Origin: Octopus sinensis
Lineage: Eukaryota
DNA length: 64,000 nt
Assembly: GCF_006345805.1 (NCBI RefSeq)
Contig: NC_043011.1
Span: 4,526,001-4,590,000 of the forward strand
Reading direction: 5' to 3'
Below the pieces are notes generated by a model. That model saw only the letters and a program-made list of their open reading frames with translations, was not told the origin of the DNA and made no database searches. Positions 23,425 through 41,079 of this stretch are shown in pieces. Within the stretch, counting starts at the first letter, position 1. Each line of letters begins with the position of its first letter. The translations under genes were made by a program, and so were the position numbers.

Positions 23425-24090
23425 GTTTTTCCCACCCCTCCTTCGTTCCTTTTTTCCTCTTTCCCTTTCTTTCGTTCCCCTCCTTGCTCAGTATATGAGA
23501 ATTGCTACATAGATGAATTTTAGCTTGCGTGCGAGACGGTTTGCGTGAATATATGTACACATGCTTTTATGTGTATATTTAGATTCATATTCATACGTCT
23601 GTATATGTATGTATGGCGTTTACGCGCATCCTTTTGTGTATGTTGATATATATAATGTAATTTTTATATAAATATGTATTGCAATATTTATAACAGGTTT
23701 AATTTCTATGCATGAATTTGCACAATGTCTTCATTAACGTCAATAGGTTTTTTTCCTCGGTTTTTTCCTCGGATTTTATAATTTTTATAAGTTTTTTTAT
23801 ATATATAGTACATATATTTTTGACCTTTTTGTTTATCGCTCGAGATTGACCGTTTTTTCTAAAGGGCCAATCAAACAAGTCCATTTCTTTTTAAAGGTGT
23901 AGCGTTTGTAAGAGTATAATTGAATTATATATCAGTTCCATTCTAGCAAAAACGCAACGAGAAACTCAGAGTAACAGATTTTGTTGAATTTTCTGCTGCT
24001 TAAAATAAAGCATATTACTCTACCTAACTTGGTATTTGAGTACTCTTTTTTCCACCTTGTTTCACATTTATTGTTTACACTTACTCCGGT
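23425..24090 (+). mobile_element. Inverted copy of the PLE-B 3' region (pseudo-LTR)
   Basis: Reverse complement of 21616-22214, differing mostly by indels. The terminal part is also present at about 52940-53035 in the opposite orientation. Confidence 0.85.
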
Positions 24091-24119
24091 ATATATATAT
24101 AATATATATATATATATTA

Positions 24120-25128
24120 TTTTAAAACGGTAAGATAACAAAAGAAAGAAAGAGACCTCAATATTATGTAAATAGAGGAAATTTATCTATACAATATGTT
24201 ACATTACTCGGTAGTCAAGATAAAACTCTGAGTTTCAGATTGCCGAAGTGGAAATCCACAACACCATCTCTTCGGTATCTGGCTATTTGAAAACGTTATG
24301 AAAAAATACCGTTAAAAATGAAGGGAAATTACTCTGTTATAACTCTGCTTTGCCTGCGTATTATAATACATCGCTCGCATTTTTCGTCATAAAATTATAA
24401 AAATACATAAAATATATAAAATATAAAAATAATAAAATCTTCTTGGGACTAACACAGAAAGCATGTTCTATCCGTTTTCTTTAGGGACCAAAAACGTAAC
24501 AGAAATTTAGTCACATGTGGGCATGATCCGAAAAGCTCTGTCCTTGTATTTAGACATGTGGTAGGGTCTAAGCTGCTTTTCCAGATAAGCCATCTCTCCA
24601 TGTCGCATAAACCGCACCTTCCGCTGCCGTTAGTATAGGGCTTACATCTGGCCAAAATCTTCCATTGTATGTTATAATCGACACCTTTATCTCTTAAAGA
24701 CCAAATATGATTGGATAATTGTGTCGGCTTTTCTTTTGTTCCAGTGCCTAAATCCTCAAAGTGTGGTTATGAACCTGGCCTTGAAATTACCCTCTGTCAG
24801 CCCACGTATTTCTTCTTTCGTCTCGAAACGGTGTCTTTGGTGGGTTAGAGTTTTCGGTAGCTTCATATATGATGGTCCTTGGACATGCAAGCTCCATTTA
24901 GCGGGCACAATTCTTTATTCCTGCATGAACAGCTGTTTTCTTCTTGTGTTTTTTGTATGTTATGATTGATTATGTTTTTAAAATTGGTAGTTGAACTAAA
25001 ACTAATTTTTAAATTGTGTCTATTAAAGAGTTTCCTATAAGCATGGTTAACTGGAAAATGTCTATCTATCAGTGCTAGGAAATATTTACCTATATTGAAG
25101 GCCACCTCGGGTGAGTAAGGGGGCGTAA
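24120..25128 (-). mobile_element. Inverted 3' copy (pseudo-LTR) of Penelope-like element A
   Basis: Reverse complement of 26655-27592, including the endonuclease-coding part and 3' UTR. Confidence 0.92.
24218..24280 (-). ncRNA. Second copy of the PLE-A hammerhead-like motif
   Basis: Reverse complement of 27497-27559 with two single-base indels. Confidence 0.45.
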
Positions 25129-25129
25129 T

Positions 25130-27592
25130 AAGAGCTAATACGACCTTTTTGGGATTATCGCCTAACATCGGTTGAGGACTCTCACAAACAAAAGAATCTA
25201 ATATGGACGCATATCACATAGATTATTCTATGAAAAATATACCGATCCCATCAAAGGATTTTTACTCTAAGAAACTTCTGCAAAAAATTACTGATGTAAT
25301 TAAGCGTATGAGATGGAAGGCTTTCTTTTTTACACCGAAGCGAACCCCAAGGAAAACTTTTGCTATCGGATAATCCAAAAAATTCCCTCCTAGGATTAAA
25401 GGCTTGGAAGATTTCGAAGCGGACCTGCTGAGATCATGAGCAAAATAAATTTTCGTAGTCTTTTAACAATTTCCAACATAAATTGAAAAAAGATATTGAT
25501 CATATAAAAAGCTCCAAGAAAAAAGCACTTTTTTCGGATAAAACCAAGAACTTATACCTGGTAGATAACAGCAAATACACAACCTCTTACACAACAGCAT
25601 CATTAATAATTTACTAAGGCTAGGGCACAGACATATAACGAAATTAATAAAGAGCTAGCGTCATCGCCGCTAAACTTAATTAGATAAAAATAGAAACCCT
25701 CCCCCAAAAAGAGGCCTTTATTACTATTAAGACCACAAAGAAAACTTCCTTTCCAACCCTAAATGTAGGCTTATCAACCCAGCCAAGTCAGAACTAGGGA
25801 TTATTAGCAAAGAAATTTAGATAAAATAAATACGAAAATTAAGACCGATACTAGGCTAGTGCAATGGTCCAATAGTATAGAAGTCGTAGACTGGTTTAAA
25901 GCTATTAAGAATAAGAAAAAAGCGAGGTTTACACAATTCGATATTGTTGATTTTTATGCCTCTATCTCTAAAGAACTGCTAGATAAAGCCCTAATCTTCG
26001 CTAGTGACTTCATAGAAATTAGTACCAATGATAAGGATATAATCTTCCATGCTAGAAAGACATACTTTTCAGTGAGAATGCAAAGTGGGTAAAAAACACC
26101 GACACGGAGGGCGCTTTCGATGTGAGCATGGGTTCATATGATGGGGCAGGCATCTGTGATCTAATTGGACTCTTTCTCCTAGATACCTTCGGTAAGACAT
26201 TCCCTAACGTACATTTCGCCATCTACAAAGATGATGCCCTCGCCTTAACAGCTAATACAAATGGACCAGCACAAGATCGTTTTAGAAGGATATTATCCAG
26301 TTAATGAAACACTTCGGACTTAGTATAACTATAGACACTAACCTGACGGTTGTCAATTTCTTAGACGTTTTCCTTAGATCTTATAAAATATTTATAAGCC
26401 TTATAGGAAGCCCAATGATAGACTAAGTTTATTAATGTAGGTTCACATGCCATCCCTATAGTATTCAAAAATTTAGTTAAAATATTAGTAGAGGATTTCT
26501 AGCCTCTCATCTAATGAGGACATCTTCAATAGCGTTGCCCCAGTTTATAATAAAGCTTTAAAAGATAGTGGTTTTAGCGAAAAAATAAAATATACACCTA
26601 TCACCAGCCCAACAATAAGGAAAAGGAATAATAGAAATAGGAAGGTCATCTGGTTTACGCCCCCTTACTCACCCGAGGTGGCCTTCAATATAGGTAAATA
26701 TTTCCTAGCACTGATAGATAGACATTTTCCAGTTACCATGCTTATAGGAAACTCTTTAATAGACACAATTTAAAAATTAGTTTTAGTTCAACTACCAATT
26801 TTAAAAACATAATCAATCATAACATACAAAAACACAAGAAGAAAAGCTGTTCATGCAGGAATAAAGAATTGTGCCCGCTAAATGGAGCTTGCATGTCCAG
26901 ACCATCATATATGAAGCTACCGTAAACTCTATAACCACTAAGACACCGTTTCGACGAAGAAATACGTGGGCCTGACAGAGGGTAATTTCAAGGCCAGGTT
27001 CAATAACCACACTTTGAGCTTTAGGCACTGGAACAAAAGAAAAGCGACACAATTATCCAATCATATTTTGTCTTTAGAGATAAAGGTGTCGATTATAACA
27101 TACAATGGAAGATTTTGGCCAGATGTAAGCCCTATACTAACGGCAGCGGAAGGTGCGGTTTATGCGACATGGAGAGATGGCTTATCTGGAAAAGCAGCTT
27201 AGACCCTACCACATGTCTAAATACAAGGACAGAGCTTTTCGGATCATGCCCACATGTGACTAAATTTCTGTTACGTTTTTGGTCCCCTAAAGAAAACGGA
27301 TAGAACATGCTTTCTGTGTTATGTCCCAAGAAGATTTTATATATATTTTTAATATTTTTATATATTTTTTATGTTTTTTATATAATTTTTATGACGAAAA
27401 TGCGAGCGATGTATAAGTACGCAGGCAAAGCAGAGTTATAACAAGTAATTTCCCTTCATTTTTAACGGTATTTTTTCATAACGTTTTCAAATAGCCAGAT
27501 AACCGAAGAGATGGTGTTGTGGATTTCCACTTCGGCATCTGAAACTCAGAGTTTTATCTTGACTACCGAGTAATGTAACATATTGTATAGAT
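25130..27592 (+). mobile_element. Near full-length Penelope-like element A (RT plus GIY-YIG endonuclease)
   Basis: Frameshifted ORF at about 25203-27303 with IDYSMKNIPIPSK..KRMRWKAFFF, QFDIVDFYASIS, MGSYDGAGICDLIG, YKDDAL, CSCRNKELCPLNGAC, YVGLTEGNFKARFNNH and CGLCDMER...LNTRTELFGSCPH. Confidence 0.92.
27497..27559 (+). ncRNA. Candidate type-I hammerhead ribozyme in the PLE-A 3' UTR
   Basis: AGAUAA CCGAAGA GAUG[..GUGG AUUU CCAC..]CAUC U GAAA CUC A GAG U U UUAUCU. Stem I is 6 bp and stem III is palindromic. The core has U4>C and an extra U before G12. Confidence 0.55.
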
Positions 27593-27594
27593 AT

Positions 27595-27668
<74 letters not shown>

Positions 27669-28813
27669 ATATATATATATATAATATATTATATGCGGAT
27701 GTGTGTACACGCACGCACTCCAAATTGCCTGTGAATGAAAATGTGTAAATGAAAGCATATATTCCTGTCTATATTAGCATTAATAAATATATCATTTCCA
27801 GAATCACTTGCAATAGGTCTGTGTCGACTATATATTAAGTGTCGAACCCGTCTCCACCCGGTATACATTCTTTTTCTTTAATAGCCTGTGTGTGTCTGTA
27901 GGTATATAAGTATGTATGTGTGTGTGTATGAGTGTATGCATGTGTGTGTATGTGTGTGTATAAGTATATATGTGGATATGTATATTCCAACACACACTCA
28001 TACGCGCTCACGCACAGACATGTTTGTGTACTTCGTTTTCAAAAAGACTTTATGAACTCATTCGTGGTTTCTGCATTTCTCGTTGTTGATTATATTTTAG
28101 TTGTAGATTTCTTAAACCAACTGAAGAAGTTTTTATCTATTAATTGCCTGTATGACAATCCTAGCTGATCGAAGTTTCTCAACGCATTATAACTATATAT
28201 GTGCGTCGCGCACACACACACATACACGCACACGTGTGTGTGTTTGTCCTTACCAGATTTGTATTTACTATACAGAAATCGCACCTGATATACTTTCCCT
28301 CGACCAGTGTTTACAATTATAATCAATACCACAACATTCCCTCTGCTTTTATAGATATATTAGTCAATCTTAGTCTTACCAAATGAGTATAGAGTATCCT
28401 CCACTGAGGGGGATGAATAAAGCCGAAACATGTCCGTTCCTGTCACTAGTTGGCTTCGAAGACCAGATCGACTCCAATCCATATTGTTTATATTGATTAT
28501 ATCGTCATAAAATATCAATCAGCTGATTTTTACTGAAGCATAATGCTATTAAATTTTAAATATCCATAGAGGGAGTTTTTGTTTACACATTGTTTGGATA
28601 ACTTCATTTAATCGTAGTTTTGTTTTTCAACTCATATTGTTACATTTGTGAGAAACAAATCTGTATTCTGTGTGTTCAGCTCTCTGTCCCCTGAGGTATT
28701 TTCCCCTACTCAACCGTAGCCACGTTGCTGAAGCTTTCTTTTGGTTTGTCTTCTGGTAGAATAATTTCCATTTTTGCATGCCGCAAGATCATTCCCCCTC
28801 TACCCCTCTTTAC

Positions 28814-28849
<36 letters not shown>

Positions 28850-28904
28850 CAAACACACACGCACACACATGTTCACACACGTGCAACCATATAACACTAC
28901 TACT

Positions 28905-29008
28905 ACAACAATAACAACTACTATTACTTCTAATACTACTATTACAATTATCCAACTAGTATAACAACAACTACTACTGCTGCAACAACAACATCAACAA
29001 CAACAACA

Positions 29009-29052
<44 letters not shown>

Positions 29053-29100
29053 AACTACTATTACTACAACTACTGTTGCTGCTGCTGCTGTTGACGTTGT
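28905..29100. repeat. Compound (ACT)/(ACA)/(GCT) microsatellite
   Basis: Direct reading. Confidence 0.9.
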
Positions 29101-29273
29101 TGACGCATACTAAGTTGTACCTTCGTGAGAAATCTATATTAGCACTTGGGCGTTAGGGCGTCCCAAGATCTGTGGGTTTCCTTCATTGACCCCCATGTTG
29201 GTGGCCCCCGGGTATCGGGAAGATGCTAGTTTTTTTTGTCGTTTCAATTTTTTTGTTGTTTTATATTATCTGT

Positions 29274-29288
29274 TATAATAATAATAAC

Positions 29289-29364
<76 letters not shown>

Positions 29365-29470
29365 CAATAATAATAATAATAATATAATAATATAATAATA
29401 ATAATAATAATAATAATACTAATACTACTACTACTATACTATTACTAATAATAATAATAATAATAATATA
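29274..29470. repeat. (AAT)n array, inverted relative to the adjacent (ATT)n array
   Basis: Direct reading. Confidence 0.95.
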
Positions 29471-29483
29471 ATTAAAAACTTAG

Positions 29484-35314
<5,831 letters not shown>

Positions 35315-36610
35315 CGGTTAGTCTTATTTTTATCACGTGCTTTCACTGCACCATCGAGTGCAGCCCCGTGTGCCTTGGGCATGTGCAGTGGCTTGTTGTG
35401 AAGCTCCTATATTTACTGTATTGAAAGTGTTTTACGTAAGATGTGCACGGTGCCTCGTAGTGTTATTTCCTGTATATCATATATACTTGTTAGTCCTGGT
35501 GTTTTTGTCATGTATTTGAATTTTTTTATCATACCTAACGCGCCTACTATGATAGGAAATTTTTCTGTTTTTAGACTCCATATTCGAGTTATTTCCAGAT
35601 CTTTGTATTTTGAAAGTTTCTCTGTTTCTTTTAGAGGAACATTTTGTTTGGTGATCTCTGACAACTATATCTGGCTATTTGGCCTCAAATTCTCTATCTG
35701 TGTGTATTGGCATATCCCATAGTATGGTTGCTTTCTCATTTTTTGTGACCTTTTCTGGCGTGTGCCAGAACCCCTTTTTTCTGTTGTTATTCCATAGTGT
35801 TGGCATAGGTCCCGACTCTGTTGTGTCTGTGAATATATTCCTTCTTAGCCAGGACTGGGCAACCAGAGACAATATGATTTATTGTTTCTTCTCAATCTCC
35901 ACATATTCTGCACATGTTTGGTAATTTCTGTTGGGAAGGCTTTGGTCTTGTGCTGCAGTTAAAAATCCTTCACTCTCTGTTTTGAGTCCTGAGCTTCTCA
36001 GCCATTGTTGGGATTTTGCCTTGCCTATTTCTTTTGCGTTTAGTTTAGCCCAGTATTTGCCTCGAAGGGGCTTTTCTTGCCATCGTTTTATCATGATCTG
36101 TTGCTGTTCCAGTTTTAGTTTAGATTTCAGGTGTTTTTACAGCTTTTGTTGTTTCTTCTTTTTCTTCATAGTTGTTAGATACTATGACTTCTTTTTTGTA
36201 TTTGTCGGCTTCCTTAAAGACTGAAAACAGTTTTTTGTTTTGTTCGTGTTTTGTGGCTGTTTGCATTAGTCATCCTTGCTTCTGAAGTAAGTATTTCTGT
36301 TGTCCTATGATGGTTATTTTATAATAGTTTTCTAGCTATATAAGGCCTCTACCACCTTCCATATGTTGTATATATCACTTTTCTATGTCAGATTTTGGGT
36401 TGTGCATCCTAAATCCTGTCATTATTTTTCTTGTTTACCTGTCTATTTTGATTAGTTCATTTAGAGACCAGTTAAGGATATTGTAGCTATAACGTATAAC
36501 TGGGACGGCTAGTGTTGATACCTATTATCTTGTTTTTCGCATTGAGCTCTGTTTCCATTATTAACCTTACTCGTCTATAGTATTCTTTTTTAATTATTTT
36601 CTTTCATTTG
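35315..36610 (-). mobile_element. 5'-truncated R4/Dong-clade non-LTR retrotransposon (RT end, CCHC region, RLE endonuclease, 3' UTR)
   Basis: KEYYRRVRLIMETELNAKNKI, EGGRGL, KPLRGKY, ESEGFLTAAQDQSLPNRNY, ATILWDMPIHTDR, KETEKLSKYKDL, PIIVGALG and RGTVHILRKTLSIQ*. The 3' end runs directly into (AAT)n. Confidence 0.9.
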
Positions 36611-36732
36611 TGTGTGTGTTGTATCGTATCTAGTTCATGGATTCCTAAGTATTAGTGTATCTGGCTTTGGTATAATTCTCTTATTACCATCATCAACCCC
36701 ACCCCTCCATCATTATCATCATTATCATCAGG

Positions 36733-37160
36733 ATGGTGGCAATCTTGCAGGACCACAAGCGCACCGGACAAAATGGTTTGCGGTATTTCTTTCGGCTTTT
36801 CGTTCTGAGTTAAAAGTCCACCGAGGTCGACTTTTCCTTTCATCCTTTCCCGGTCGATAAGTATCAGTTAAACACTGCGACCGATATAATAGACTAACGG
36901 CTCCCCCGAAATTGCTGGTGCGAATATTTGAAACCATTATTAAGCCAGCGAACTGGGAAAATCGTTAGTGCGACATGCAAAATCCTTTGCGAAATTTCTT
37001 CCGGATCTTTATGTTATGAGTTCAATCCTACCGATGTCAACTTTGATTTTCATTCTTTCGGGGTTGATGCAAGAAGTACCAGTTGAACTCTGGGGTCGAC
37101 GTAATCCACTACTGCCCATCTCCCAAATTTCGGGCCTTGTGTCAATATCATAAAGGATTA
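36733..37160 (+). mobile_element. Two tandem decayed SINE-A copies
   Basis: Core CCGAGGTCGACTTTTCCTTTCATCC at about 36820; second copy at about 36945-37160. Confidence 0.75.
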
Positions 37161-37619
37161 TTACTGTCGTTGTTACCTTTATCAAATATTTGTGTGATAT
37201 GCCTGTATGTGCGAGCGTGGATACTTAGGTATACATGTTGAGAAAGAACGAAGAGAAAGTAACGTAATCAATTTTACGCTCATGGAACTGATGAGTAAGG
37301 AGATGACGACAACATCCATCTAATGATAAACAGAGTAGAGAGGAAAAGGACACAATCTGGTTTTGGTTTCGCTGTAGTCAGTTTGGATCAACTGAAAGAA
37401 ATTGACAGGGCAAACCGCTAGTATGTTGAGGCTGTGCCGCAGGTAATCAGTTTCAGCTAAGTGTTAAGGCATCGAATAACAATATCTGTTCAGTTGTTTA
37501 AGTTAACGGTCACTGGTAGAAGAAACCAGTCGACGTTATGGTCTCACTCATGCTACTTCTGTATATGTAAGCACTTGAGCCTCTTTTACAAAATTTGAGT
37601 GTTTTTAAGTGTACTTCAC

Positions 37620-37764
37620 TTAAGATAAGAAAGGGAGAAATTTGCAGTCGTCGCCTATGAAGTCAACGTTATTGCCATAGTACCAGATCCCTCTGAACGA
37701 AATCGTAGTTGTGAACGTCGATCCAGAATAATTTCCATTCTTGCATGCCACAAGATGATTTTTC
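37620..37764 (-). other. Candidate terminal exon of an unrecognised gene
   Basis: (TG)nTAG acceptor; open frame KNHLVACKNGNYSGSTFTTTISFRGIWYYGNNVDFIGDDCKFLPFLS*. The first 36 nt are shared with 28758-28793. No homology recognised. Confidence 0.2.
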
Positions 37765-38704
37765 CTACACACACACACACACACACACACACATGCACAT
37801 ACGCACATACACATGTGACGTCCTACGTTCAGTTTCCATTTACCAAATCCACTTACAAGGGTTTGGTCGGCCAGGAGCTATAATAGAAGACGCTTGTCCA
37901 AGGGGCAAGATATTGAATCTTCGAAACCACGTGATCGGAACTCAATAAAGTGGAACATTTTATATGTAATAATCACATATAAGTATCAATTGTATTTTCA
38001 GAGATTTTTCTTTATTTTTTTTTGCTTTCTTTTTCATTTCCTTTGTGTCCCAAAATTCCTTTTGCTATGTTTTGTTGGTCCCTCGTGATGTTGACCTTAT
38101 TTACACACATGTATTTCATTTTAATGATATATTTTCTATGCAATAATCACATGTTATACATAAAATAAGCGTCAGTTGTACTTACTGAGATCCTTATAAC
38201 AACTTCCTTCAGTTATTATTCATTTTATTTTTATTTTATTTATTTATTTATATATTTTTGTAAATTGTGTTTAGATTTTGGTGATATTATCGGATTTATT
38301 CTAGCTTTTACAGTGAGATCTGTTTTCCCTATCTCACGTTGTTATTCAGTCTGAAACGATGCTGTAATTTTAGGCTCCTCCTCCTCCTCTTCCTCCTCCT
38401 CCTCCTCCTCCTCATCATCATCATCATCATCATCATTAGTAATCTGTATATATACTTAAAATGGATGTGTGTACGATGGCAAGCCTTTTAAACTCATCTT
38501 TTCTTTGTCGAGTCTTGTAGGACTCTACTCAAAGACAGGTTTTTTTCCATTTTTTCTTTAGTATTTTTGAAGTTTAACTTTGACGTTGGTCTTTGTAAAA
38601 TATTTTTTCCCTTGTTTTGTTTGTATTTAATCTTATTTTCCATAGCTTCTATGGCTAGTCTTTATTGTTGTCAAATACTGATTTCAAATTTTGGCACAAA
38701 GTCA

Positions 38705-39095
38705 GCAAGTTAGGGGGCGGGATAAGTCGATTAGATCGACCCCAGTACTCAACTGGTACTTATTTTATCGAGGCGGCGAGCTGGCAGAAACGTTAGCACG
38801 CCGGGCGAAATGCTTAGCGGTATTTCGCCTGCGTTGCGTTGTGAGTTCAAATTCCGCCGAGGTCGACTTTGCCTTTCATCCTTTCGGGGTCGATAACTTA
38901 AGTACCAGTCACGCACTGGGGTCGATGTCTATCCTTGTTTGTCCCCTCTGTGTTTAGCCCCTTGTGAGTAATAAAGAAATAGGTACTTATTTTATCGAGC
39001 CGAGCCCGAAAGGATGAAAGGTAAAGTCTACCTTGGAATGTAAAGACGGACGAAATACCGCTAAGCATTTTCTCCGGCACGTTAACGATTCTGTC
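38705..39095 (-). mobile_element. SINE-A (minus) with a young SINE-A1 (plus, 38772-38981) nested in it
   Basis: 17-bp TSD GGTACTTATTTTATCGA at 38755-38771 and 38982-38998. Confidence 0.9.
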
Positions 39096-39194
39096 ACCTC
39101 ATCGTCTTGTTGCTGCCATAAACAAGAGGGTGCTGAAAAGTTCCTGGTTCTGGGTAAAAGACAATACAGGAGGATCAGTTAACTATGATTTTAT

Positions 39195-39916
39195 TTAACG
39201 AGCAAAACGCCCCCGTCCAATGGACGGTGCTGAGTTGTCAAACATTTAAACCAAATGTTCTCAAAACAACTTGTCCGACCGTCCCATAGGCCTCCCCTTT
39301 GAGAAACACTGATTTAACACCAGAAAAAGAAGAAATAAAGATTTTTTTTTTCTATTCCAAAGAAAAACGATTATATTCACACAAATATGCAACTGAAGAG
39401 TTTAAAGTACCAGTAATGATAAAGCTGTTGACTGGGAGAACACAAACATGGTTTAAACAGTAAGCTTGGCAGGAAAGAAACGTGCCTTTAAATAGTACAA
39501 AAACAACAAAAAATGGAAGGTGCAGTTATGTACAGGTTGACGGAAGAAAAGCAGGACAAAAACGGCTTTATCGATCGCATTCTCACCTGGAATCGATTTT
39601 TGTAATTTTTTTCAAGACTTATACACGCCCTGATACCTATTTCTTTACTGCCCACAAGGGGCTAAACACAGAGGGGACAAACAAGGACAGACAAACGGAT
39701 TAAGTCGATTATATCGACCCCAGTGCGTGACAGGTACTTAATGTATCGACCCCGAAAGGATGAAAGGCAAAGTCGACTTCGGCGGAATTTGAACTCAGAA
39801 CGTAACGGCGATACCGTCGGTATCTACATATCAAATTTGAGCGCAATCGGATGGAGGATGCCCGAGATCCTAGAAGACATACACAAAGACAGACAGAACG
39901 GATTTTATATAATAGA
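39195..39916 (+). mobile_element. Helentron/DINE-like non-autonomous element, interrupted by a SINE-A1 (39637-39815, minus)
   Basis: 5' palindrome CCGTCCA-A-TGGACGG; 3' CAAATTTGAGCGCAATCGGATG...ACAGACAGAACGGATTTTATATAATAGAT. Family assignment is from recalled motifs. Confidence 0.55.
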
Positions 39917-40129
39917 TATTTCCCTCTCCGATTCACACACTTATTGAAGCGGTCTTTCAATTCTTCTAAGCCCTGTAAAAGAACTCAGGCCTTTCACGAT
40001 ATCCTTAAAGGGAGAAACTTTTCTGCACGCCCTCGTATTAATACATCGGGAACATTTTTGCTTGTGTTTGCGTTTCGATAGAACAAGTATTTTCTAGACC
40101 CACTCTAGTTACTATATTATAGTTCTGTA

Positions 40130-40620
40130 CTCTTATTAAGCTTCAACCCACCTGTGTATCTGGTATAGCACATATCCTATCTATATCAGCTTTAGGTCCG
40201 GAATGCCGTAATTTACTCATTTTCTTATCTCGGCTCCTCAGTTCACTAAAGCTCCAATTCATTATATTCATTATAGGTCGTCGGGTGTATTTTTACCTTC
40301 TATCTTATCTAGGGAATTGAATTTGGCACTTAATATTAGGCTGCCTCTTCGGCAGTACTTCTTCTAATTCTCTTCTTCTTCTTTTTCATCTTTCTGTCTC
40401 TCTCTATGGTATATCTTATCGGCTTAATCTACTACTAAATACTTGTTTGGGTGGTTCCGTTCTCATTCTTTGAATCCAAAGTATTTTGTGTATAGTTTTA
40501 AATCATCCATATAAAAGTCTATAATTTGCACAAAGTATCTTTGGTGGTTTTGATTCAGTAAATTTATTAATGAAGTCATCGAGAGAGACGAATAGCAGGA
40601 ATAAGGAACGAGTCTGAAAA
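40130..40620 (-). mobile_element. Older R4/Dong-clade RT fragment
   Basis: FYMDDLKLYTK and KKYCRRGSLILSAKFNSLDKIEG. It overlaps the same region as 36290-36600, so it is an independent copy. Confidence 0.7.
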
Positions 40621-40679
40621 AAAAAAAGGGATCCTCTTTTGGGGATAAGGTTAGCTTCTATCACCTCGTTATCATGCAA

Positions 40680-40948
40680 TATTGCTGCTGCTGCTGCTGC
40701 TGCTGTCGTTGTTGTTGTTGTTCTTGTTCTTGTTCTTGTTCTTCTTTCTTCTTCTTCTTCTTCTTCTTCTTCCGCTTCTTCTTCTTCTTCTTCTCCTCCT
40801 TCTTCTTCTTCTTCTTCTTCTTCTTCTTCTTCTTCTTCTTTTCTTCTTCTCCTCGTCCTCCTCGTCCTCCTCCTCCTTCTTTTTCTCCTCCTCCTCCTCC
40901 TTCTTCTTCTTATTTTTCTCCTCCTCCTCCTCCTCCTCCTCCTTCCTC

Positions 40949-41013
<65 letters not shown>

Positions 41014-41027
41014 CATCATTATTATTA

Positions 41028-41079
<52 letters not shown>

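Noticed and set aside
28404-28436. CTGAGGG GG..CC GAAA CATG TC hammerhead-like string
   Set aside because: A9 is lost and stem I cannot form; at most a dead relic
29100-29230. HDV-like ribozyme in the GC-rich block (also tested at 11176-11512)
   Set aside because: Could not place P1/P3/L3 with the required nested pseudoknot
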